Shown here: piece after piece, positions 35,144 to 46,754 of the stretch
Position numbering within the stretch: position 1 is the stretch's first letter
How the letters are laid out: the number at the start of each line of letters is the position of its first letter
NCBI RefSeq assembly: GCF_963921235.1
Contig: NW_026948187.1
Location: forward strand, 7,316,001-7,373,593
Source of the DNA: Mobula hypostoma
Taxonomy: Eukaryota
Direction: 5' to 3'
DNA length: 57,593 nt
The notes under the pieces: generated by a model
What the model was told of the DNA's origin: nothing
Databases searched by the model: none
What the model saw: the letters and a program-made list of their open reading frames with translations, nothing else
Made by a program: the position numbers and the translations under genes

Positions 35144-35599
35144 TCATTCCACTCCGTGTCGTTTGAGGTGGGCCACCATGGTCTTCCCAGGACCATGGTC
35201 CTCCTTGGCAATTATATCGACAGAAGTGGCTCGCCATTGCCCTCCTCGGGGCAGTGTCTTTATAAGAAAGTTTTCCCCCCCTCTCACCTCCCATGATCAA
35301 TACTCTGCAGTGACTGCCTTCCCGGCGTCAGGAGTCGCATAGCCATAAGACCATAAGAAAACGGAACAGAATTATCCCATCGAGCCTGCACCGCCATTTT
35401 ATCGTGGCTCATCCATTTTCTCTCTCAGCTTCCGTCTCCTGGGTTCTCCACGCATCCATTCAAGAATCTACCAATCTCTGTCTTAAATATACCCAGTAAC
35501 GTGGACTCCAAGGCAGCGAATTGCATAGATCCCCGACTGCCTGACTAACCAGGAATTGTGTTCTGCACCAGCTATTCATCCGTGTCAAACGCCTCCTTC

Positions 35600-37153
35600 A
35601 CCGTCCTGTCACTCCACTTTCAGGAAACCGTGTCCCTATACCCCGGGTCCCCCTGTTCTACAATACTCTCCAGGGTCCCTATCTACCCGCGACTCACATT
35701 TCAGGGAACTGTGTCCCTGTACCCCTGAGTCCCTCTGTTCTACAGCACTCCCCAGGGTCCCTGTCGACCTGTGACTTCACTTTCAGGGAACCGTGTCCCT
35801 GCACCCCTGGGTCCCTCTGTTCCACAACACACCCCGGGGTCCCTGTCTACCCGTGACCCCACTTTCAGGGAACCGTGTCCCTGTACCCCTGGGTCCCTCT
35901 GTTCTACAACACTCCCCAGGGTCCCCGTCTACCCGTGACTCCACTTTTAGGGAAAAGTGTCCCCGTACCCCTGGGTCCCTCTGTTCCACAACACTCCCCA
36001 GGGTCCCTGTCGACCTGTGACTTCACTTTCAGGGAACTGTCTCCCTGTACCCCTGGGTCCCTCTGTTCTACAACACTCCCCAGGGTCCCTGTGTACCTGT
36101 GACTTCACTTTCAGGGAACCGTGTCCCTGCACCCCTGGGTCCCTCTGTTCTACAACACTCCCCAGGGTCCCTGGCTACCCGTGACCCCACTTTCAGGGAA
36201 CCGTGTCCCTGTACCCCTGGGTCCCTCTGTTCTACAACACTCCCCAGGGTCCCCGTCTACCCGTGACTCCACTTTTAGGGAAAAGTGTCCCCGTACCCCT
36301 GGGTCCCTCTGTTCCACAACACTCCCCAGGGTCCCTGTCGACCTGTGACTTCACTTTCAGGGAACTGTCTCCCTGTACCCCTGGGTCCCTCTGTTATACA
36401 ACACTCCCCAGGGTCCCCGTCTACCCGTGACTCCACTTTTAGGGAAATGTGTCCCTGTACCCCTGGGTCCCTCTGTTCCACAACACTCCCCACGGTCCCT
36501 GTCTACCTTTGACCACTGTCAGCAAACAGTGTTCCCGTACCCCTGGGTCCCTCTGTCCCTTGACACTCCCCAGGGTCCCTGTCTACCTGTGACTCCATTT
36601 TCAGGGAACCCTGTCCCTGTACCCCTGGGTCCCTCTGTTCTACAACACACCCCAGGGTCCCCGTTTACCTGTGACACCACTTTCAGGGAACCGTGTCACT
36701 GTACCCCTGGGTCCCTCTGTTCCACAACACTCCCCAGGGTCCCCATCTACCTGTGACTCCACTTTCAGGGAACTGTCTCCCTGTACCCCTGGGTCCCTCT
36801 GTTCCACAACACTCCCCAGAGTCCCCGTCTACCCGTGACTCCACTTTCAGGGAACCGTGTCCCTGTGCCCCTGGGTCCCTCTGTTCTACAACACTCCCCA
36901 GGGTCCCCGTCTACCCGTGACTCCACTTTTAGGGAAAAGTGTCCCCGTACCCCTGGGTCCCTCTGTTCTACAACACTCCCCAGGGGCCCTGTCCACCTTT
37001 GACTCACATTCAGGGAACCGTGTCCCTGTACCTTTGGGTCCCTCTGTTCTACAACACCCCAGGGTCCCTGTCTACCTGTGACTCCACTTTCAGGGAACCG
37101 TGTCCCTGCACCTCTGGGGTCCTCTATTCTACAACACTCCCCAGGGTCCCTGC
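35600..37153. repeat. 82-bp minisatellite (~19 units) with a 328-bp higher-order duplication
   Basis: Unit ccctgtacccctgggtccctctgttctacaacactccccagggtccctgtctacctgtgactccactttcagggaaccgtgt; variant units recur at +328. Confidence 0.92.
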
Positions 37154-40100
37154 TTTCGTTTTGAAAGGCTGACTCTGGTTTGACTTCCCAAAACGCAACA
37201 CTTGACAACTATCTGAATAAAATTACATCTGCAATTGACCGCTAAAAATGTCCCAAACTTAACAGTCGAAATTAGTAAATCGNNNNNNNNNNNNNNNNNN
37301 NNNNNNNNNNNNNNNNNNNNNNNNNNNNNNNNNNNNNNNNNNNNNNNNNNNNNNNNNNNNNNNNNNNNNNNNNNNNNNNNNNNNNNNNNNNNNNNNNNNN
37401 NNNNNNNNNNNNNNNNNNNNNNNNNNNNNNNNNNNNNNNNNNNNNNNNNNNNNNNNNNNNNNNNNNNNNNNNNNNNNNNNNNNNNNNNNNNNNNNNNNNN
37501 NNNNNNNNNNNNNNNNNNNNNNNNNNNNNNNNNNNNNNNNNNNNNNNNNNNNNNNNNNNNNNNNNNNNNNNNNNNNNNNNNNNNNNNNNNNNNNNNNNNN
37601 NNNNNNNNNNNNNNNNNNNNNNNNNNNNNNNNNNNNNNNNNNNNNNNNNNNNNNNNNNNNNNNNNNNNNNNNNNNNGTTTGTTTTCAATTCAATATTCAG
37701 TTATCTCTTTCATCCGCCGAACAGCGTGGATGGAAATTCTGGCCTCGGAGAGCAGGTGCGCGGGGCCGGAAACTGGGAGCCGAGATCGCGCCTTGCGCGC
37801 TTCCGCCGGCTCGCTCGCAAACCAGGTCGCCGCGCCACAGAAACAGGCTGTGTGGTTGGGGGGGGGAGGGGGGAGCGGTCTCGATCAACACGACGGGGGG
37901 GGGTGGGAGGCAGGGATGAGTCAGCGTGAGGAGGCGGTCACGAACACCTGGCCGAGTGGCCCCGCAGCGGCATCAACAACAGCAGCCTCCCGCCCGCTCG
38001 ATCTGGGTGAAAAAATTGTCGAGCTGATCGTTCGCTTCAGGAAGGGGAAGGGCGGGGGTCCAATTTACACGGATGGGAGGTGTGTTAACGCGGGTACAGA
38101 CACACAGAATAGCGCATTAGGAGGTCAGGGAGGTCCGGAGTGAACATTTACACCCGTCCCGTTGTTGGAAGTGCCTCACGGTCCGGTTCGGCAAATTGAG
38201 TGCACAGGAAAGCAAGAGGGGAGATTGGTTTAAGAGGGACTCGGGGGACAACTTTTTCACCCAGAGGGTGGTCCGTCTGTGGAAGGGGCTGGCAGAGGAA
38301 GTGGTGGAGGCAGGTACTTTAACCAGGCTCGGACAGGGACATGGACAGGAAAGGTTTCGAGGGATACGCTGGCAGAGGGGACCGGCTGCGATGCGAATCT
38401 TAGTCAGCCGGGGCCAGAGGTATCGCTTTTTGGTCCGGGAACGTCCGAAGCCGCCGAGATGTGGCGGGGCGGACCCAGCCCGATGCATCCCGCGTACATC
38501 TTCCCACCCCTCACTTCCCACCGTCGGTCCTCTCCACAGGAAGTCGCTGACTCGGGAAGTCCATCACCAAAGTCGCCCCCTCCCCTACCCCCGTATCCAA
38601 TCGGGCAGGAGGTACGGAAGACCGAAGACCCAAGGGACCGCGACTGCCCGGTCCCTGAACGGGCCTCTCTCTGGTGAATGTCCTGCCTGTGATGTCTGTG
38701 ACGCTGTTTCTCCGGGAACTCGGGCGCCTGCCTCTGAACTGGACCTTTGGCCGCACCTTCCCGCTGCGATCCCCCTAAACGGCGATCGCAGACGTCTCCC
38801 TCGTCTGCAGGAGGGCTTTCGTCGAGCGCATCGCGGCTCTTCGGCCCGCAAGATCTATACTGGCCATCTTTCCTACCCCGACCCATCAACCCGCTCCCTG
38901 CGCTTCCTTGTAATCTGGTTCGGAGCCTCTTAAACGCCCCTCTCGTCTCTTCCTCCGCCACCACCCCCAGCACCCGCCACCTCCCGTGTGTAAAGGACAC
39001 TTGCCCTCTGAACTTAACCCCTCTCGCATCCAACACCTGCCCGCTGGCATTAGACATTTTCACCCCGTGGGGGGGGGGGAGAAAGTTGCCGGCTGCCCAC
39101 TCTATCCTTCCCTAGTATCAAACCTCCAGCAGGTCTCGCCTCAGCCTCCCGCGAAAACGACCCAAGCCCCTCGGCCGCGGGCCCGCTCTCGTTTCCCGTC
39201 CTGTCCGCGCAGCGTAGGGCGTTTTACGGCCGGCAGGTGCGTCGAAAGGGCCCGGGGGTGGTGAGGGGGCCATCGGGGACTCCGGCCGCCCCAACCACAA
39301 ACTGTTCCCGCTGCTACCGTCTGGCAAACGGTGTCGCAGCATAAAAGCCAGGACCGACAGGCTCCGGGACAGCTCCTTCCACCAGGCCATCAGATTTACC
39401 AATGCACATTAATCTGTCTGCATATCTGACTGTATCTATACAAAACAATCGTGAACACAGTCCTGGGACAACCTGCCACATTTCCCCTTGCTGTTGCTTA
39501 TACGTAGCGATGGAATCGCAACATAAAGATTTTTACTCCCTTGCATGCAATAACTCAAATAACCAGAAATAAATAAATAAATAAATACAATTCCCCCCCC
39601 CCCCCTCCAGCGCACTTGGGGTAAAAAGAGGGGAAAACGCGGATTAAAGTGTCACAGTTATAGACAACGTGCAAGGGCGGGCAGGCGAGAAGGTGCGAGA
39701 CCCTAACGGGGCAGATTACGAGGTCGAGATAGATAGGCACTTCATCGATCCCGGGGGGGGGGGAATTGCAGGGTCGCAGTCGCGTTACAAGTTCACAGCT
39801 GGACAGAGAGAGAGAGAGATGGAAAGACAGAGACAGATATATGGATCGATAGATAGATATATTAGCAGGGAGATCGTTAGATAGATAGGTAGATATATAG
39901 ATAGATAGATAGATAAGTAGAGAGATAGATAGATNNNNNNNNNNNNNNNNNNNNNNNNNNNNNNNNNNNNNNNNNNNNNNNNNNNNNNNNNNNNNNNNNN
40001 NNNNNNNNNNNNNNNNNNNNNNNNNNNNNNNNNNNNNNNNNNNNNNNNNNNNNNNNNNNNNNNNNNNNNGTTAAATAGATAGATCGATAGCTAAATAAGC

Positions 40101-40299
40101 AGATAGATAGATGGTCAGATAAGTNNNNNNNNNNNNNNNNNNNNNNNNNNNNNNNNNNNNNNNNNNNNNNNNNNNNNNNNNNNNNNNNNNNNNNNNNNNN
40201 NNNNNNNNNNNNNNNNNNNNNNNNNNNNNNNNNNNNNNNNNNNNNNNNNNNNNNNNNNNNNNNNNNNNGAGACAGCGATACAGAGAGAGGTAGCTAAAG

Positions 40300-40361
<62 letters not shown>

Positions 40362-40466
40362 GCAGAGAGATAGATAGAAGGAAAAACAAACAGATAGATA
40401 GATAGACAGACAGAGATACAGAACGAAAGAGATAGCTTGATAGATAGATAGATACGTACATACATA

Positions 40467-40814
40467 CGAGGGTTGATTGATAGGTTCGTGGCCTGAGGTA
40501 GAAGGGGATGAGTTATACAGCTCTCGTTACGTGCACATGCAGTTCAACTCTTTGAGTGAACATGCAGAAAGTTTGAAGTTTCTCTTCATCACATTCTACT
40601 TTAGGCCACGAACCTATCAATCACCCCTGCTGTCGACCACTTTCTGGAGGTCCAAGACGCTGGCTTCTGCAAAGATTGGACCCGTGTGCTCCAGGATCCG
40701 CTGGACGAAGTGCGTAAATGTAGGAGGTGACTATGTTAAAAAAAAAATGAATGTGCTAGGTTTTCTACAATTGACTCCGCCTACCTTAGGCCTCGAACTT
40801 ATCATCAGCCCTCG
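40467..40814. mobile_element. Mariner-like MITE with TA target sites, inserted in a (GATA)n microsatellite
   Basis: TA-cgagggttgattgataggttcgtggcct ... aggcctcgaacttatcatcagccctcg-TA; extra internal TIR copy at 40601-40628. Confidence 0.7.
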
Positions 40815-42371
40815 TAGACAGATATGCAGATAGATAGATAGAGAGAGAGAGAGATGGGTACAGAGAGATAGATAGCTAGATACATAGACAGATAGATGGA
40901 CAGAGACAGACAGATATATAGATGGATAGATAGATAGATTGATTGATAGATAGATAGAGAGATAGATACACATCAAACAGATAGAGAGATAGATGGATAG
41001 ACCGACAGATAGATAGATAGATACTTTATTGATCCCGAAGGAAATTACAGTCGCAGTAGCATTACATGTGCACCCCTGGATGTACCCTCGCCCCGGCAAG
41101 CCTCAGGCTCGGTCAGCTGGGGTCCGACTGGGGAGAGCAGCCTTCGGCCCCGCCAAACTGGGTAATCAAGTTTGGGTGGATGCTACGTGTTGTGTCCCCT
41201 GTGTAACATCAGTACCCCGAAATAACGTTCAGTCCACAATGTGCGTTTAAACGATTAAGATTTTATATTTAAGTATGGGGTTAGTAGAGAAACAAAAGAA
41301 AAGGAAAACAAATAAAAGGCGCCAATAATCTCATAAACATGTCCAGTGCACAAACGTTGGAGCTCACGGATTCCCTTTCGCTGATCCTCCTTCGCTCGTC
41401 GTCGACCCTGGGCTCCCGCCCCGAGCCCGGGCCCGGCGGGTCCGACAACCGTCTCCTCAGCCCACCTCTTCTCTCTTCATCCTCTTCGCGCCTTCTCCCC
41501 CGAAGCCCCGGGCAAACTGACAGCTTTCACACAGACAGAAAGAATAACATCTATCACGATTGGTTAGCAAGTGAAGACTAGTCCCGTTATCACTGATCAT
41601 AACCCAAACATGCTGCGACAGAGAACCACGGTGTCAGCAGTTAACAGTACAGAGAAGCCATTTTATTAACCTTAAAAGAAGAAACCCTTACATATATAAA
41701 TATTGGAAGTGAAGTAAGAAAGAACAAATCGTAAGTTACTTCACACAGTCTAACGGGGGGGGGGGGGTCGTCAATTCCTCGGCTGCAGGATAATTCATTA
41801 TAGAGCCGTATGGCCGTGGATAAGGATGCCCTCATACTGTGCCGTTGTGGGGAGGCCGCCTCATCCTACCGCAGCGTAGGAGAAAGAAGGATGGCCTTAC
41901 AGAAGTTTATAGAGCCTCTGGGGGGGGGCGGGCGGGGTACAGATAGCGGGAATACTTTGGGCTTCGATCGTTTTCTGTCACCCATTCTTTTAGAATCTTA
42001 TTGTGTTTCGTGGATGTCTGTTACGAGCAAGAATTTCAGGATGTATACCGCATGCATTCGCCGATATTTAATGGAAGCGTTAAACCGTTGAATGCACGCA
42101 ATGTTCCCCTCCCACACGCACACACCCCCATCTCCAACCCACACACCCACCCCACGCGGGATTGGAGAATCAAGAACCGGAGGGTGCAGGTTTAAAGTGA
42201 GAGGCCAGAGAGATTTCATTGCGACCCGAGGTGGGGGTGATTGGGGAGCAATTGCTCAGAGGGAGACCTGCAAATACAAGGAGCTACCAGAGGCAGTGGC
42301 CGGGGCACTTTGGAAAAAAAGGCTCCAGGGGATGTTTGCTATAGTGGGGGAGTCTAGGACCAGAGGACACA

Positions 42372-43652
42372 GATAGAGTGGATGTGGAGAGGATGTTTCC
42401 TGTAGTGGGGGAGTCTAGGACCAGAGGACACACATAGAGTGGATGTGGAGAGGATGTTTCCTGTAGTGGGGGAGTCTAGGACCAGAGGACACAGATAGAG
42501 TGGATGTTGAGAGGATGTTTCCTATAGTGGGGGAGTCTAGGACCAGAGGACACAGATAGAGTGGATGTGGAGAGGATGTTTCCTGCAGTGGGGAGGGGGG
42601 GTCTGGGACCAGAGGACACAGATAGAGTGGATATAGAGAGGATGTTTCCTATAGTGGGGGAGTCTAGGACCAGAGGACACAGATAGGGTGGATGTGGAGA
42701 GGATGTTTACTATAGTGAGGGGAGTCTAGGACCAGAGGACACAGATAGAGTGAATGTGGAGAGGATGTTTCCTGTAGTGGGGGGATTCTAGGACCAGAGG
42801 ACACACATAGAGTGGATGTGGAGAGGATGTTTCCTATTGTGGGGGAGCCTGGTACCAGAGGACACAGATAGAGTGGATGTGTAGAGAATGTTTCCTGTAG
42901 TGGGGGGAATCTAGGACCAGAGGATACAGATAGAGTGGATGTGGTGAGGATGTTTCCTGTAGTGGGGGAGTCTAGGACCAGAGGACACAGATAGAGTGGA
43001 TGTGGAGAAGATGTTTCCTATAGTGGGGGAGTCTGGCACCAGAGGACACAGATAGAGTGGATGTGGAGAGGATGTTTCCTGTCGTGGGGGAGTCTGGCAC
43101 CAGAGGACACAGATAGAGTGGATGTGGAGAGGATGTTTCCTGTCGTGGGGGAGTCTGGTACCAGAGGACACAGATAGACTGGATGTGGAGAGGATGTTTC
43201 CTATAGTGGGGGAGTCTAGGACCAGAGGACACAGATAGAGTGGATGTGGAGAGGATGTTTACTATAGTGATGGGAGTCTAGGACCAGAGGACACAGATAG
43301 AGTGAATGTGGAGAGGATGTTTCCTGTAGTGGGGGGATTCTAGGACCAGAGGACACACATAGAGTGGATGTGGAGAGGATGTTTCCTGTAGTGGGGGAGT
43401 CTAGGACCAGAGGACACAGATAGAGTGGATGTGGAGAGGATGTTTCCTGTAGTGGGGGAGTCTAGGACCAGAGGACACAGATAGAGTGGATGTGGAGAGG
43501 ATGTTTCCTGTAGTGGGGGAGTCTAGGACCAGAGGACACAGATAGAGTGGATGTGGAGAGGATGTTTCCTGTAGTGGGTGAGTCTCGGGCCAGAGGACAC
43601 AGATAGAGTGGATATGGAGAGGATGTTTTCTATAGTGGGGGAGTTTCGGACC
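42372..43652 (+). repeat. 61-bp tandem array (~21 copies) amplified from inside a CR1 3' region
   Basis: Unit gatagagtggatgtggagaggatgtttcctgtagtgggggagtctaggaccagaggacaca (= DRVDVERMFPVVGESRTRGH); normal CR1 sequence resumes after 43652. Confidence 0.92.
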
Positions 43653-43989
43653 AGAGGGCACAGCCTCGGAATAGAGAGACGGCATTTAGAGCGGAGATGA
43701 GAAGGAATTTCTTTAGCCAGAGGGTGGGTGAATCTATGGAATTCGTTACCACAGACGGCTGTGGAGGAGAGGTCGCAGGGTATATTTAAAGCGGAGGCTG
43801 ACATGTTTTGTTGATTAATCAGGGGATCAAAGGTTACGGGGAGAAGGCAGGAGAGTGGGGTTGAGAGGGTTATTAAATGAGCCATGATGAAATGGCGGAG
43901 CAGACTCGATGGGCCGAACGGTCTTACGGCCGGGGTTCTGAGGGGAAGAAGGCAGAAGCGTGGGGGTTTAAAATATTGGACACGATTGT

Positions 43990-44345
43990 GTTTTTTGGGC
44001 AGAATCGAGGGGCCGAATGGCCTGATTCTGCTCCTTTACCCTCGTGGTTTGCGTCTGATGTAAACTTCGGGCAGTCAGATTCAGTGCCGGCGAGCGGCGC
44101 GTCAAGTCAGCGCCCCGTCCCGGAGAGACGCGGCCACCGGCTGAACACACTGTTCGATGCAGCCGCCGACATTTTGTTGTTTCCGGAAATATTTTCGCCC
44201 TGCGGGCTGGAGAGTCAAAATGAGAGAGGCCTGCGAGGACTAACAGCCAATGGTGGCGTTTCCGTCTTGTAACTGGGTCACCGAAACAGAGCGGGGGCTG
44301 GCAGAACCGGAAAGGCAGCTGCTGTTCTGCGGGTGCGAGGTAACA
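43990..44345 (+). promoter_or_regulatory. CpG-rich candidate promoter/first exon of an unidentified neighbouring gene
   Basis: CpG-dense unique sequence with TTCCGGAA 44181-44188, CCAAT 44247-44251, CCGGAA 44307-44312 and a donor-like GAG|gtaaca at 44340. Confidence 0.3.
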
Positions 44346-46754
44346 GTTTGAGGCGCCTCTCTCTCACACNNNNNNNNNNNNNNNNNNNNNNNNNNNNNNN
44401 NNNNNNNNNNNNNNNNNNNNNNNNNNNNNNNNNNNNNNNNNNNNNNNNNNNNNNNNNNNNNNNNNNNNNNNNNNNNNNNNNNNNNNNNNNNNNNNNNNNN
44501 NNNNNNNNNNNNNNNNNNNNNNNNNNNNNNNNNNNNNNNNNNNNNNNNNNNNNNNNNNNNNNNNNNNNNNNNNNNNNNNNNNNNNNNNNNNNNNNNNACA
44601 CACTGACACTCACACACAGCCACACATACACACACACACTCAAAAACACGCACTCACTCACGCACACACTCACACACACAAACACAGACACTGACACTCA
44701 CACAAACACACAGACACACAAATACACTCTCACACATACACTCAGAAACACATACTCACGCACACACTCACACACACACACACACACAAACACACACTGA
44801 CACTCACACAAACACACAGACACACAAGTACACTCTCACACACACACTCCCTCACGCACACACACACACACACACACACAAACACAGACACATGCACACA
44901 TACACAAACACACACTGACACTCACACAAACACACAGACACACAAGTACACTCTCACACACACACTCACTCACGCACACACACACACAAACACACACACA
45001 TACACACATACACAAACACACACTGACACGCACACAAACACACAGACACACAAATACACTCTCACACATACACTCAAAAACACATACTCACGCACACACT
45101 TACAAACACACTCACACTCACACTCACACACACGCACACTCACACACAGCCACACATACACACACACTCACACAAACACAGACTCGCGTGCGCGCGATCA
45201 AGGAGAGAAACGGGTTCACAAATTTTTCATTTCATGTGTCTTTTCCATGTTGGGGATATCTCAACTCTCTCCACAGATGAGGACAACCTGCTGCTTCCAA
45301 GATTAGCACCGCCGATGTGTACAGCACTGAATGCAGAGCAGTGGAGTTCAGGACAGGAGCAGTCCCCCGCCTCCCTGCTCACCCTGTTCGTGTCCTCAAT
45401 TTGACTAATCACTTCTGCCCACACACGGTCCAAATCCCTCCATTGAATGCTTGTTCCTGTGTTTTTTTAAAGGCCTCGAACTCCCAACTGAGGCCCCCTG
45501 TCCGTCAACAGTCCCCACCATTCGCGGTGCGTGTCCCCTACCCCGGTACACCGAGGTCACTCTGTCCCTCAACACCCCCCCCCCCCCACTGTTGTGAATG
45601 TATCTACCTTGACCGCTTCCTCTGGCCAATCCTTCCACAGACGGACCACCCTCTGGGTGAAAAAGTTGCCCCTCAGGTCCCTATTAAATCTCTCTTCCCC
45701 TCTCACCTGAAACCTGTGCCCTCGGGTTCTCGATTCCCCGACCCTGGGGGGAAAAGACTGTGCACATTCACCCTATCTGTGCCCCTCGTGGTTTTACACA
45801 CCTCTGTAAGGTCACCCCTACACTCCGAGGAATAAAGTCCCGACCTGCCCGACCCCTCTCCGCAACTCAGTCCCTCGAGTCCCGGCGACATCCTCGTAAA
45901 TCTCCCTCCGCTCTCCCTCCAGCTCGGCGGCATCTTCCCTGCAGCGGGGAGCGACCAAAACCGAACACGGAGCGCGGCCTCACCGAGTCACAGAAAAGTA
46001 CAACACGGAAACAGGCCCCTCGGGCCGTCTAGTCCCTGCCGAACCATTTCAACTGCCTACTCCCATTCGACCTGCACCCCTTCCCGACCCCTCCCGTCCG
46101 TGTCCCGATCCAAGCTTTTCTTAAAAGTCACAGTCGAGCTCGTGTGCGTCACTGGTGCCGGCAGCTCCCTCCGCACTATCAGGACCCTCCGAGTGAACAA
46201 ATTTCCCCTCATGCTCCCCTTAAACGTTTCACCTTTCACCCTTCACCCATAACCTCTGGCTGTAGTCCAAAAGGGTCTGCTTGCACTTCCCCTATCTATA
46301 CCCCCCCCCCATAATTTTGTACACCTCTATCAAATCTCCTTTCGATCTTTTATCTTCCAAAGAATGACCCCTATTCAATCTTTCCTTGCAACTCAAGTCA
46401 TCCATCCCGCCTTTCTAAATCAGAGCATTTTAGCTTGTAATCAAAATAGGACATACATGGTAAATGGCAGGACATTGAGGAATGCAGTGGAACAGAGGGA
46501 TCCAGGAATAATGGTGCATAGTGCATAGTGGCCTGTTGCGTCCTTGAGCAGGGCACCTGACCACACGCGTCGCTCCTGCCACGTTCGTAACCCGGTGCGG
46601 TATGGACAAGTGTCCCAGTTACAGAGAAAGCGCGGGCCGGGACGGGGTGGATCGTGAGGTCAGGGGTCTATCTGATCGTCCTAGAGGGGGGGGTCCCGTT
46701 CGATGGTCTGATAACAGCGGGGTACCCGGAGCCTGGCGGGGCGTGCGTTCGGGC

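Noticed and set aside
38196-39402. Long overlapping GC-rich ORFs (219-245 aa)
   Set aside because: Mosaic of degraded CR1 and Rex fragments; no coherent protein.
35600-43652. CRISPR-like arrays
   Set aside because: Eukaryotic context; units are contiguous with no unique spacers.
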